Positions 29,452 through 40,807 of a stretch of 64,000 nucleotides of DNA are shown in pieces. The notes beneath the pieces were generated by a model that was not told the origin of the DNA, ran no database searches, and saw nothing but the letters and a program-made list of their open reading frames with translations. Made by a program: the position numbers and the translations under genes. The stretch lies in NCBI RefSeq assembly GCF_000006765.1, contig NC_002516.2. The stretch is one strand, 5' to 3'. Source of the DNA: Pseudomonas aeruginosa PAO1. Lineage in GTDB: Bacteria; Pseudomonadota; Gammaproteobacteria; Pseudomonadales; Pseudomonadaceae. Numbering within the stretch: position 1 is the first letter of the stretch; each line of letters opens with the position of its first letter.

Positions 29452-30288
29452 ATGCACAGATATGTCGTGATAGACGCCTTCGCCAGCGAACCGCTGCAAG
29501 GCAACCCGGTGGCGGTGTTCTTCGACTGCGACGACCTCAGCGGCGAGCGCATGCAGCGCATGGCGCGGGAGATGAACCTGTCGGAGAGCACCTTCGTGCT
29601 CCGCCCGCAACAGGACGGCGACGCGCGCATCCGCATCTTCACCCCGGTCAACGAACTGCCGTTCGCCGGCCACCCGCTGCTGGGCACCGCCATCGCCCTG
29701 GGCGCCGAGACCGACAAGGACAGGCTGTTCCTGGAGACCAGGATGGGCACCGTGCCCTTCGCCCTGGAACGCCAGGACGGCAAGGTGGTGGCCTGCAGCA
29801 TGCAGCAGCCGATCCCCACCTGGGAGCACTTCAGCCGACCGGCCGAGCTGCTCGCCGCCCTCGGCCTGAAGGGCTCGACCTTTCCCATCGAGGTCTACCG
29901 CAACGGCCCGCGCCACGTCTTCGTCGGCCTGGAGAGCGTCGCCGCGCTGTCCGCGCTGCACCCCGACCACCGCGCGCTGTGCGACTTCCCGGACCTGGCG
30001 GTGAACTGCTTCGCCGGCGCCGGGCGGCACTGGCGCAGCCGCATGTTCTCGCCGGCCTACGGCGTGGTCGAGGACGCCGCCACCGGTTCCGCCGCCGGGC
30101 CGCTGGCGATCCACCTGGCGCGCCACCGGCAGATTCCCTACGGGCAGCAGATCGAGATCCTCCAGGGCGTCGAGATCGGCCGGCCGTCGCGCATGTACGC
30201 CCGCGCCGAGGGCGCCGGCGAGCGGGTCTCGGCGGTGGAAGTGTCGGGCAACGGCGCGGCCTTCGCCGAAGGCCGCGCCTACCTGTGA
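29452..30288 (+). CDS. phzF2: Isomerase PhzF2
   Basis: 'GNPVAVF', 'NLSESTF', 'ELPFAGHP' and 'EDAATGSA'. Confidence 0.97.
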   Translation: MHRYVVIDAFASEPLQGNPVAVFFDCDDLSGERMQRMAREMNLSESTFVLRPQQDGDARIRIFTPVNELPFAGHPLLGTAIALGAETDKDRLFLETRMGTVPFALERQDGKVVACSMQQPIPTWEHFSRPAELLAALGLKGSTFPIEVYRNGPRHVFVGLESVAALSALHPDHRALCDFPDLAVNCFAGAGRHWRSRMFSPAYGVVEDAATGSAAGPLAIHLARHRQIPYGQQIEILQGVEIGRPSRMYARAEGAGERVSAVEVSGNGAAFAEGRAYL

Positions 30289-30310
30289 ACGGGCAGAACG
30301 GAGGAACGCC

Positions 30311-30958
30311 GTGATGGGCGTCAACGCGAACATTTCCGAGTCCCTCACCGGGACCATCGAAGCCCCTTTCCCGGAGTTCGAGGCGCCGCCGGCGAACCCC
30401 ATGGAGGTGCTGCGCAACTGGCTGGAACGCGCCCGCCGCTACGGCGTGCGCGAGCCGCGGGCACTGGCCCTGGCCACGGTCGACGGGCAGGGCCGGCCGT
30501 CGACGCGGATCGTGGTGATCGCCGAGCTGGGCGAGCGCGGGGTGGTGTTCGCCACCCACGCCGATAGCCAGAAGGGCCGCGAACTGGCGCAGAACCCCTG
30601 GGCCTCGGGGGTGCTGTACTGGCGCGAGAGCAGCCAGCAGATCATCCTCAACGGCCGCGCCGAACGCCTGCCCGACGAGCGCGCCGACGCCCAGTGGCTG
30701 AGCCGCCCGTACCAGACCCACCCGATGTCGATCGCCTCGCGGCAGAGCGAAACCCTCGCCGACATCCACGCCCTGCGCGCCGAAGCCCGGCGCCTGGCGG
30801 AAACCGACGGCCCGCTGCCGCGCCCGCCGGGCTACTGCCTGTTCGAACTGTGCCTGGAGTCGGTGGAGTTCTGGGGCAACGGCACCGAGCGGCTGCACGA
30901 GCGCCTGCGCTACGACCGCGACGAAGGAGGCTGGAAGCACCGCTACCTGCAACCGTGA
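30311..30958 (+). CDS. phzG2: FMN-dependent oxidase PhzG2 (PNPOx family)
   Basis: 'ALALAT', 'SQKGREL', 'VEFWG' and 'RLHERLRY'. Confidence 0.96.
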   Translation: MMGVNANISESLTGTIEAPFPEFEAPPANPMEVLRNWLERARRYGVREPRALALATVDGQGRPSTRIVVIAELGERGVVFATHADSQKGRELAQNPWASGVLYWRESSQQIILNGRAERLPDERADAQWLSRPYQTHPMSIASRQSETLADIHALRAEARRLAETDGPLPRPPGYCLFELCLESVEFWGNGTERLHERLRYDRDEGGWKHRYLQP

Positions 30959-30983
30959 CGACACCGCTGCGCCGGCGTTTCAT

Positions 30984-31015
30984 GGCGGATAACCGCAAGC
31001 GGTTATTCGCCCTAC
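30984..31015. repeat. GTAG-family REP-like palindrome, possible bidirectional terminator
   Basis: GGCGGATAACCGC-AA-GCGGTTATTCGCC followed by CTAC (GTAG on the minus strand), between the convergent phzG2 and HIT genes. Confidence 0.7.
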
Positions 31016-31046
31016 GCGGCCTCGGAACCCATCCAACCGCACGCGG

Positions 31047-31583
31047 TCATGCGTCCTGCGCGGACTCGGAGTCCGGCCCAGACGATGTTCGGGGTTGGAC
31101 GCCGTAGCCGAATGTCCGGCGCAATCCGGCGATCGCCTGTTGCCGATCCATGCCGCGCCCGGCCGGTGGATCGGCGCGTTCGCAGAATTCGCGCCAGACG
31201 AACAGGGTCAGCTCGGCGCCATCGGTAAGGGGTTCGGCGGTCGGCACGCCGAACTGCTGGAGCGTCCGGTAGCGCGTGTCCTCCCAGAACAGTTCCTCGA
31301 CCCAGTCGTACAGTGGAATCAGGTGGAAATGCACCGGCAGGCCGGGCATGTGACCGTAGCGACCGACATAGATGCGTCGCGGCCGCAGCAGCGCGTCCAT
31401 TTCGCGCTCGACCCTGGCCAGCAGCGGCCCGAATTCGGCGAGGGCTTGTTCCGGCAACTGGTGGAAGGCCGTCGCCGGTTGCCGCGAGCCGAGCATGCAG
31501 TAGCCGGGCAGGGCCGAGTCGATCCGCTGGTTCAGCGTCCAGTGGCGGGTCTGGTGGATGATCAGCTCGGGCGGGATATGCAT
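31047..31583 (-). CDS. HIT-family nucleotide hydrolase-like protein, 178 aa
   Basis: 'LPGYCML' and degenerate HIT motif 'PVHFHLIP'. Start MHIPPE. Confidence 0.75.
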   Translation of the reverse strand: MHIPPELIIHQTRHWTLNQRIDSALPGYCMLGSRQPATAFHQLPEQALAEFGPLLARVEREMDALLRPRRIYVGRYGHMPGLPVHFHLIPLYDWVEELFWEDTRYRTLQQFGVPTAEPLTDGAELTLFVWREFCERADPPAGRGMDRQQAIAGLRRTFGYGVQPRTSSGPDSESAQDA

Positions 31584-31625
31584 GGGGCGGCGCTCCGCAG
31601 ATGGGGCGCCCACTGTAACCCGTCG

Positions 31626-33266
31626 TCAGGGAAGATCCAGCCCGGTCTTGCGCCGTTTCATTTCGTCGATGCGTTGTCGCAGCGCCAGGCGCTGGGCTTC
31701 CGGCTTGGCCAGCCACCAGTCGCGCACCGCCGAGTTGTCGTAGCGCGTCAGCCAGGCGGGGAAGCGCGCCATCTGCGCTTGCGGAAAGTCGTTGGCGCGG
31801 CCGCGCAGGTAGTGATCGAAGAAACCCAGCACCAGGGCATTGGGAGCCTGGATGAGGACTTCCGTCGGTGCCGAGCCGAGCAGCCCGTCGCGCAGCGGCC
31901 GGCGGATGAACAGCGGATTGTCGGTAAGCCCGGCATGGGCCGAATCGCGCAGTACCAGGCGATGAATGTCCTGGCGTTGGCCGGCGTGCTCGAAGCGTTC
32001 GTAGGAAAAGTCGTTGAAGCTTCTCGGGCGGGCCGGCGGTTCGATGCCGAACAGCCGGTAGAAGTTGCCAAGGTCGGCGTGCAGCATCAGCAGCGGTGCC
32101 GGAAAATCGCTATCGAAGGGCGCGAAGTCGAAGTCGCCGCCGTCGAGGTTGACGGCCGCCGCGCAGCGTCGGTCGACCATGCAGACCGCGCCGGTGGTCG
32201 AGCCGCCGAAGGACATGCCCATCTCGCCGGTGTGCGCGAAGTCGCTGGCGGCCACCAGGTCGGCGACCCTGTCCGGGACCTCGCCGGCCTGCAGGCGGTC
32301 ATGGACGAACAGGCGGTCGGCCAGCCATACCGGCGCGCTGAGGTTGACGGCGCGGTTGGCCGGGGCGGGCAGGTCGAGGGCGGTGTGCAACTGGCCGTCG
32401 AGGCGCTGGTCGAGATCGTCGCTGACATAGCCCTGGCGCATGGCCTGCGGCAAGCCGTCGTGGGCGGCCCGGCGCAGGTGTTCGACCAGCCCGGGGTCCA
32501 TGGGCAGCAGCGTGCCGTCGGGCAGGCGGGTCGGCGACGCGTCGCCGCTGTGCTGGATGGCGTAGACCGCGTAGCCGTGGCTGGCCAGTTCTTCCATCAG
32601 GGTCCAGTTGCCGCCGGCGAAGGCGCTGTAGCCATGGCTGTAGAACACCACCGGCAGGCGAGCGGAGTCGTCGCGCAGCGGGGCGTCCGGATAGGAATTG
32701 GTGCGCAGGTGCTTGAGGTAGGTGAGCAACGGCGGAAAGCCGAGTATTTCACCGAAGCCCCGCGCGGTGCTGCGCGCCTCGCCTGGGTCGAAATAGTGAC
32801 GCGGCGCGGCGCCGGCGATCGGGCGTGCCGGGTACCAGGCGCGCACCAGCAGGCGCCGCGGCTGCCCGGCCGGGGTGCCGAGCAGGCCGGGCCGGCTGGG
32901 GTCATCCAGTTCGAAATCGCGCACGCCGACCGCATAGGGGCCGCTCGGCGCCGGCAGCGGCGCGACCGGGAACAGGTACAGCGCGGCGATTGCCAGCAGC
33001 ACCAGCAGGCCGTACAGCGAACCGGTCCGGAACGGCAGGCCGCGCTCGGGCTTCCGGCGCAGGCAGGCGCCGAGCAGCAGGGAGAAACCGGCGAAGGCGC
33101 CGACGCCGGCTTGCCAGCGGTCGTCCCATGCAGCGTACAGGCCGGCGCCGAGCGCCAGCGTCGAGGCGAGCGCCAGCAGGCCACGGCGGCCGGGCAGGGC
33201 GGGTATCCACCAGGCGAGCAGGGCCGCCAGCAGGGTCGCGACCAGCAGCAGGTCGACAGCGGTCAT
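31626..33266 (-). CDS. Membrane-anchored alpha/beta hydrolase (PAF-acetylhydrolase/esterase family), 546 aa
   Basis: N-terminal TMs; 'P.PSGPYAVG', 'VFYSHGY', elbow 'GMSFGG' and 'VNLDG'. ATGA-coupled to the MFS gene. Confidence 0.85.
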   Translation of the reverse strand: MTAVDLLLVATLLAALLAWWIPALPGRRGLLALASTLALGAGLYAAWDDRWQAGVGAFAGFSLLLGACLRRKPERGLPFRTGSLYGLLVLLAIAALYLFPVAPLPAPSGPYAVGVRDFELDDPSRPGLLGTPAGQPRRLLVRAWYPARPIAGAAPRHYFDPGEARSTARGFGEILGFPPLLTYLKHLRTNSYPDAPLRDDSARLPVVFYSHGYSAFAGGNWTLMEELASHGYAVYAIQHSGDASPTRLPDGTLLPMDPGLVEHLRRAAHDGLPQAMRQGYVSDDLDQRLDGQLHTALDLPAPANRAVNLSAPVWLADRLFVHDRLQAGEVPDRVADLVAASDFAHTGEMGMSFGGSTTGAVCMVDRRCAAAVNLDGGDFDFAPFDSDFPAPLLMLHADLGNFYRLFGIEPPARPRSFNDFSYERFEHAGQRQDIHRLVLRDSAHAGLTDNPLFIRRPLRDGLLGSAPTEVLIQAPNALVLGFFDHYLRGRANDFPQAQMARFPAWLTRYDNSAVRDWWLAKPEAQRLALRQRIDEMKRRKTGLDLP

Positions 33267-34474
33267 GGTGCTTCGCTCCTCGTTTCCACGGGGCGCGTCG
33301 GTTGGCTCGGCCAGAACGCCGCCAGCGCCAGCAGCAGACCGACCAGCGCGTAGGGGGCGCGGCTGTCCAGTTGGTGGAGCAGCGCGCCGAGCAGCGGCCC
33401 GCTGATCAGGCCGAAGCCATGTACGGCCACCAGGGTGCCGGCGGCGGCACCCTGTTCCTCGGCGCGCACGGCATTGGCGTTGAGCGCCGAGACTGCCGGG
33501 AATACCCAACCCATGCCCGCCGCGGCGACGAAGAAGGCCAGCCAGAGCAGCGGCGGCGAGTCGGCGAAGCATACGGCGGCGAAGCCGATGGCGGCGACCA
33601 GCCCGCCGAACCGGATCAGTCGCGGCGGTGGCCAGTCCAGGCGGCGCACCAGGAGCTGGGCCAGGATCAGCGCGACGCCCACTGCGGTCAGGGCGATGCC
33701 GGCCACCCGCGCGGCGTCGGCGGAATCCAGGCGCAGCCGGTCGAGGGCGAAGAAGCCCACGGTGATCTGCGCCACGGTGACGCTGAACATCGCCACGAAG
33801 CCCACCGCCAGCGGCCGCCGCAGGCGGCGGTCGCCGATCGCCAGGGCGGCGCCGCGGTTCGGCTGGCGACGCTCCTCGCGCGGCAGCCAGCGCCAGAGCG
33901 CCAGCAGGGCGACCAGGGGCAGCGCGCCGGTGACCAGCAACGGCAGGACCAGCCCGTGAGTCGCCAGCAGTCCGGCCAGCCCCGGCCCGATCACCATGCC
34001 TATCGCGCTGGCCGCGCCGAGTCCGGCCAGCGCCGCGGCGCGTCGTTGCGCCTCGACGTGATCGGCCACCAGTGCCGCCGTGCAGGCCGGCACCGCGGCG
34101 TAGAAACCGCCGGCGAGGCCGCGCAGGAGAACGATACCGGCGAAGGCGAACAGGGTCGGCAACGTCCAGTGCAGGGCGAGCACGATGAACAGGCAGAGCG
34201 AGCCGTAGGAGAGGGCGAAGCCGGCCAGCCCGCCGAGCAGTATCCGCCGTCGCCCATGCCGGTCGCTGGCGATGCCCCAGGGCCGCGCCGCGAGCATCCA
34301 GGCGATGCCGCCGACGGTCACCGCGGCGCCGGCCTGCCAGGGCGCCAGGCCGAGCTTGCGGGCGAGCGGGCCGACCAGGGCGACGAAGGACATCACCGCG
34401 AGGGTGCAGACGAAGGTCTCGAACATCAGCGGACGCAGGTCCAGGGTGTTGGCGGAGGGCGGCGGGGTGGTCAT
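33263..34474 (-). CDS. MFS transporter
   Basis: Motif A 'GIASDRHGRRRIL' and ~12 TM helices. Confidence 0.93.
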   Translation of the reverse strand: MTTPPPSANTLDLRPLMFETFVCTLAVMSFVALVGPLARKLGLAPWQAGAAVTVGGIAWMLAARPWGIASDRHGRRRILLGGLAGFALSYGSLCLFIVLALHWTLPTLFAFAGIVLLRGLAGGFYAAVPACTAALVADHVEAQRRAAALAGLGAASAIGMVIGPGLAGLLATHGLVLPLLVTGALPLVALLALWRWLPREERRQPNRGAALAIGDRRLRRPLAVGFVAMFSVTVAQITVGFFALDRLRLDSADAARVAGIALTAVGVALILAQLLVRRLDWPPPRLIRFGGLVAAIGFAAVCFADSPPLLWLAFFVAAAGMGWVFPAVSALNANAVRAEEQGAAAGTLVAVHGFGLISGPLLGALLHQLDSRAPYALVGLLLALAAFWPSQPTRPVETRSEAP

Positions 34475-34475
34475 C

Positions 34476-34664
34476 TCAGGGGTTCCTTCGGGTTCGCGGC
34501 AGGCGCAGCCAGACCCAGCCGACCAGCACCAGCGGAGTGCCCAGGGCGAGCCAGGAGAGCAGGTCGTAGAGGCCGTCGCCGAGCAGCGCCGAGAGCAGCC
34601 CGAAGAGGCCGAGCAGGGCCAGTAGCAGGGGCCAGCGGAAGATCATCCAGAGACCGCGCCTCAT
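34476..34664 (-). CDS. Small 2-TM membrane protein, 62 aa (MRRGLWMIFRWPLLL...)
   Basis: ATG overlaps the PepSY stop (ATGA); its stop lies 1 bp from the MFS start; two hydrophobic helices. Confidence 0.75.
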   Translation of the reverse strand: MRRGLWMIFRWPLLLALLGLFGLLSALLGDGLYDLLSWLALGTPLVLVGWVWLRLPRTRRNP

Positions 34665-35812
34665 GCCTTGCCCTCCGTCGCCAGGCTGCCGTCCGGCAGT
34701 TCCGCCAGGCGCTTCTCCAATGGCGTCTTGCGTCGGCCGAGCCAGAGGTAGAGACCGCTGGCGAGGATGACGATGCTGACGAGGTCGAGCAGCGCCCAGA
34801 CGATCTTCAGCGGCATGCCGCCGTAGTCGCCGAAGTGCAGCGGCTGCGACAGCAGGAGCGTCTTCACGTACAGCGGCATCTCGCGCATGTCGGTGAGTTC
34901 GCCGCTCTGCGCGTCGATCAGTGCCGGCTTCAGCAGGCGCTCGGTGAGCGGCGTGTTGCCGCGCATGAACACCGCATAGTGATGCTGGCTGCTGAACTGG
35001 GTGCCGGGGAAGCCGACGAAGCTGACCTCCATGTCCGGCGCCGCCCGGCGTGCCGTGGCCAGGGCCGCGTCGAGCGAGCCGAGGCGCTGTAACGGCGGCG
35101 CGTCCTTGTAGGGCGCGGTCATTTCCGCCAACTGCCCGCCTTGCCAGAGCATCAGGATCGGCAGGGCCAGGGTGTTGATCACTCCGGTCACGCCGACCAC
35201 CAGTACCCAGGACAGGGTGACGATGCCCAGCAGGTTGTGCAGGTCCAGCCACTTCAGGCGACGGCTGCGTTCGGCGCGTACCGTGGCGAAGTCCAGCTTG
35301 CGCATGAACGGCGTGTATACCACCACCCCGGACACCAGCGAGGCCACCAGCAGCAGGCCCATCAGGCCGAGGAACAGGTAGCCGGGCAGGCCGAGGAACA
35401 GGTCGGTGTGCAGCTTCAGCATCAGGTACATGAAGCCGCCCGGCGGCGGCAGCGCGTCGAAGAATTCCCCGGTGCGCGCGTCGAACGGCTGCATGTGGCC
35501 GTTCTCCGGCGGCGGTACCAGGCTCGGCGCGCTGATCACCAGGCCCAGCGGGTCGTCCTTTTCGAATACCAGGAAGCGCACCACTTCGCCCGGCCGGGCG
35601 GCCAGGGCGCGGGCGATCACGTCGTCGTAGTCGATGCGCGGCGACTCGGCGGTGAGCGGCTCGAGCTGCGGATGCGGCTCGAAGTAGTGCTCGATCTCCT
35701 CGTGGAAGATCAGCGGCAACCCGGTGAGGCAAAGCATCAGCAGGAAGATCGTGGAGATCAGGCTGGTCCATTTGTGCACCAGGTACCAGGTGCGCAGGGT
35801 TTTCGCGGTCAT
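34661..35812 (-). CDS. PepSY-associated TM domain protein (siderophore iron reduction/release type)
   Basis: 'HKWTSL', 'LTGLPLIF', 'KLHTDL', 'DLHNLLG' and 'PLHFGDYGG' heme-ligand His pattern. Confidence 0.9.
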   Translation of the reverse strand: MTAKTLRTWYLVHKWTSLISTIFLLMLCLTGLPLIFHEEIEHYFEPHPQLEPLTAESPRIDYDDVIARALAARPGEVVRFLVFEKDDPLGLVISAPSLVPPPENGHMQPFDARTGEFFDALPPPGGFMYLMLKLHTDLFLGLPGYLFLGLMGLLLVASLVSGVVVYTPFMRKLDFATVRAERSRRLKWLDLHNLLGIVTLSWVLVVGVTGVINTLALPILMLWQGGQLAEMTAPYKDAPPLQRLGSLDAALATARRAAPDMEVSFVGFPGTQFSSQHHYAVFMRGNTPLTERLLKPALIDAQSGELTDMREMPLYVKTLLLSQPLHFGDYGGMPLKIVWALLDLVSIVILASGLYLWLGRRKTPLEKRLAELPDGSLATEGKA

Positions 35813-35852
35813 TGGCTGGTCATCGGCGGTTTCTGGTTATGGTGGGGCGGAC

Positions 35853-38360
<2,508 letters not shown>

Positions 38361-38475
38361 TTATTTTTCTGCGGAGCACGGTATGTCGATGGCAACGCCT
38401 GTTCCGGCGCAACCGCGGACGGCCTGCCGGGGTGGACGCGAGGGGGCGGTTGCCACGGGGATGGCGGCCGCGCCG

Positions 38476-39426
38476 TCACGCCGGCACCAGGCTGATCCAG
38501 TAGTCGGTCACCCCGCGCACCTTCAGCGGATAGGTGGCCTGCAGCATGCCCAGCGTGCGCCGCAGGTCCAGCAGCGGATAGGCGCCCGACACCGCCAGCC
38601 TGGCCAGTTGCGGGTCGCAGCGCAGTACGCCGCGACGGTAGCGGGCGAGTTCGGCGAGCACCTCGGCCAGCGGCATCCGGTCGGCCATCAGCATGCCGCG
38701 GGTCCAGGCGTCCGGCAGGCCGTCGAAGGCCAGCCGGCGCGCTTCGCCGTCGGCGCCCAGGCGCACCGACTCGCCGCTTTCCAGCCAGCGCCCGCGTCCG
38801 TGGAGCGGGCTCAGTTCGACCCGCCCGGCGAGTACCGCGACCCGGGTCGCGGCCATCTCCTGGCGTACGTTGAAGCGGGCGGCACCGGCATGCAGCCGCG
38901 CTTCGGCGGTGGCGACGCGGAACGGACGCGGGTCGGCGCGGCTATCGACGAAGATCTCGCCGCGCAGCAGGCGTACCAGCCGCTGGCTGGCGTCGAAGGC
39001 CAGGTCCACGGCGCTGTCGGTGTTCAGGGTCAGCAGGCTGCCGTCGGGCAGGGTCAGGCGGCGCTGTTCGCCGACGCCGGTGCGCTGGTCGGCCAGCCAG
39101 TCGCGCAACGGTTCGGCCTGCCAGGTGGCGAGCCCCAGCGAGGCGCCGCCGAGGACCAGGGCGAGGTGCTTGATCGCGCGCCGCCGGTCCAGCCCGCGCT
39201 CGCGGCCGAGGGTCGGCAGGGCCAGCGCCGGCGGCAGTCGGCCGAGGCATTGCAGCAGGCGCTCGGCGCGCTCCCAGGCATGGGCGTGCTGCGGGCTGCG
39301 CTGCCGCCACTGGGCGCAGGCCTGGCGCGTGTCGTCGGTGCAGCCGCTGTCCTGCAGGCGCACCAGCCACTCGGCGGCCTCGTCGAGGATCGGCGAGGGA
39401 ATCCGGCCTTCGTCCGCGGCGTTCAT
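38476..39426 (-). CDS. femR: FecR-family anti-sigma factor FemR, 316 aa
   Basis: 'EAAEWLVRL', 'WRQRSPQH..AW', 'RLTLPDGS.L.LNTDS' and 'VSGAYPL'. Confidence 0.9.
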   Translation of the reverse strand: MNAADEGRIPSPILDEAAEWLVRLQDSGCTDDTRQACAQWRQRSPQHAHAWERAERLLQCLGRLPPALALPTLGRERGLDRRRAIKHLALVLGGASLGLATWQAEPLRDWLADQRTGVGEQRRLTLPDGSLLTLNTDSAVDLAFDASQRLVRLLRGEIFVDSRADPRPFRVATAEARLHAGAARFNVRQEMAATRVAVLAGRVELSPLHGRGRWLESGESVRLGADGEARRLAFDGLPDAWTRGMLMADRMPLAEVLAELARYRRGVLRCDPQLARLAVSGAYPLLDLRRTLGMLQATYPLKVRGVTDYWISLVPA

Positions 39427-39929
39427 TCCATCAGCTCCAGGCACTGGCGGAAGGCCTGCTGCATGTAGCGCTTGACCGAACCCAGGGACACGCCCAGGCG
39501 CTCGGCGATGGCTTCGTACTTCAGGCCTTCGATCTGCGCCAGGAGAAACGCCTGGCGGACCCTGTCCGGCAGGCTGCCGAGCAGGGCGTCTACTTCATGC
39601 AGGGTTTCCAGCACCATCAACCGCTGTTCCGGCGGCGGCGCGAGGTCTTCCGGGAGGTTGGCCAGGGCATCGAGGTAGGCGCGCTCCAGCGACTGGCGCT
39701 GGAACCAGTTGATCATCAGCCCCTTGGCGACGGTGGTCAGGTAGGCGCGCGGTTCGCGCGCATCCAGTACCCGGCGCGAGGCGAGCAGGCGGGCGAAGGT
39801 GTCCTGGGCCAGGTCGGCGGCGTTTTCCGCGCAGCCCAGGCGTCGCCGCAACCAGCCTTGCAGCCAGCCATGGTGGTCCTGGTAGAGATGGCTCACAGCG
39901 TCGTGCAGGGAGGCGTCGGCCGGCGGCAT
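39423..39929 (-). CDS. femI: ECF sigma factor FemI (FecI family)
   Basis: 'AADLAQDTF' and region 4 'FLLAQIEGLKYEAIAERLGVSLGSVKRY'; ATGA-coupled to femR. Confidence 0.92.
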   Translation of the reverse strand: MPPADASLHDAVSHLYQDHHGWLQGWLRRRLGCAENAADLAQDTFARLLASRRVLDAREPRAYLTTVAKGLMINWFQRQSLERAYLDALANLPEDLAPPPEQRLMVLETLHEVDALLGSLPDRVRQAFLLAQIEGLKYEAIAERLGVSLGSVKRYMQQAFRQCLELME

Positions 39930-39947
39930 GGAGGGGATCGCTGTTGT

Positions 39948-39966
39948 AATTGAGAATGAGTCTCAT
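39948..39966. promoter_or_regulatory. Fur box upstream of femI
   Basis: TGAGAAT-G-AGTCTCA (39951-39965) versus the 7-1-7 consensus TGATAAT-N-ATTATCA, ~20 bp upstream of the ATG. Confidence 0.8.
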
Positions 39967-40020
39967 ACTACTTACAGCGAGGGCATGCCTACAAGTCCCC
40001 CGGATCGGCGGCGCAGCGCC

Positions 40021-40701
40021 TCAGGCGTTTTCCAGGCCGTACTGGAAGAAAGCCATGTCGGCCAGGCGCCCGGTGGGGTAGAGGAGCCCCTTGCGGGCGG
40101 TCTCCAGGCGCGGGAACGACAGCCTTTCTTCGCCGATCAGGCGGTGCAGCGCGGTGAGGGTCCCGCCGTTGACGCTCGTCAGGCCCCGGCGTGGATACAG
40201 CGCGCGACAGGCGGCCACGTAGTGGCGGTCGAGGGCGGGAAACTCGCCCCAGACGCCGAGCAGGATCTTGCTCTTCAGGGTGTCGGTCCAGCTCACCCGG
40301 CTGCTGAGGGCGTCCATCGACCCGAGTACCGTTTCCAGCAGCTTGCGGTTGTGCGCCAGGCGCGCGCCGTTGCCGGCGAAATCCACCAGGGACAGCTCGA
40401 AGAGTTCCGGTCCGGCACCGCTGAAGAGCTGCCGGGCCAGCGCTTTCATCAGGTCCAGGTTGCTGTTCTGCAGCAGTCCCGAGGAGCCACGGAACATGCC
40501 CCAGTTGGCCAGGTAGAAACCCAGGTGCAGGGCGGTGGTGTCGAGCTGTTCGGGGGCGGTCAGGTCGTCCCAGCTGCGACTGGGGTCCCAGACATACTCC
40601 CAGAGGTACTCCCAGGCCCTCAGGCGCGGGTATTCGTTGCCCGGGGCGGGCGCCAGGCTGGCGTAGTAGCGGTGGACATAGCGGGCGGCATCGAAAGCCA
40701 T
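40021..40701 (-). CDS. Hypothetical protein, 226 aa, possibly HhH-type DNA glycosylase-like fold
   Basis: 'LHLGFYLANWGMFRGSS', 'TDTLKSKILLG...PALDRHY' and 'GRLADMAFF'. GGAA SD-like element upstream. Confidence 0.7.
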   Translation of the reverse strand: MAFDAARYVHRYYASLAPAPGNEYPRLRAWEYLWEYVWDPSRSWDDLTAPEQLDTTALHLGFYLANWGMFRGSSGLLQNSNLDLMKALARQLFSGAGPELFELSLVDFAGNGARLAHNRKLLETVLGSMDALSSRVSWTDTLKSKILLGVWGEFPALDRHYVAACRALYPRRGLTSVNGGTLTALHRLIGEERLSFPRLETARKGLLYPTGRLADMAFFQYGLENA

Positions 40702-40807
40702 GCGTTCGTTCCCTGGCGGCTTGGAAAGACGGCATGGTAGAGCGTGTGATATCAAAAGGCCATATCGCTGTTCGCAGGGGACGCCGTAGCGCCCCCGCGG
40801 AGCGGCC

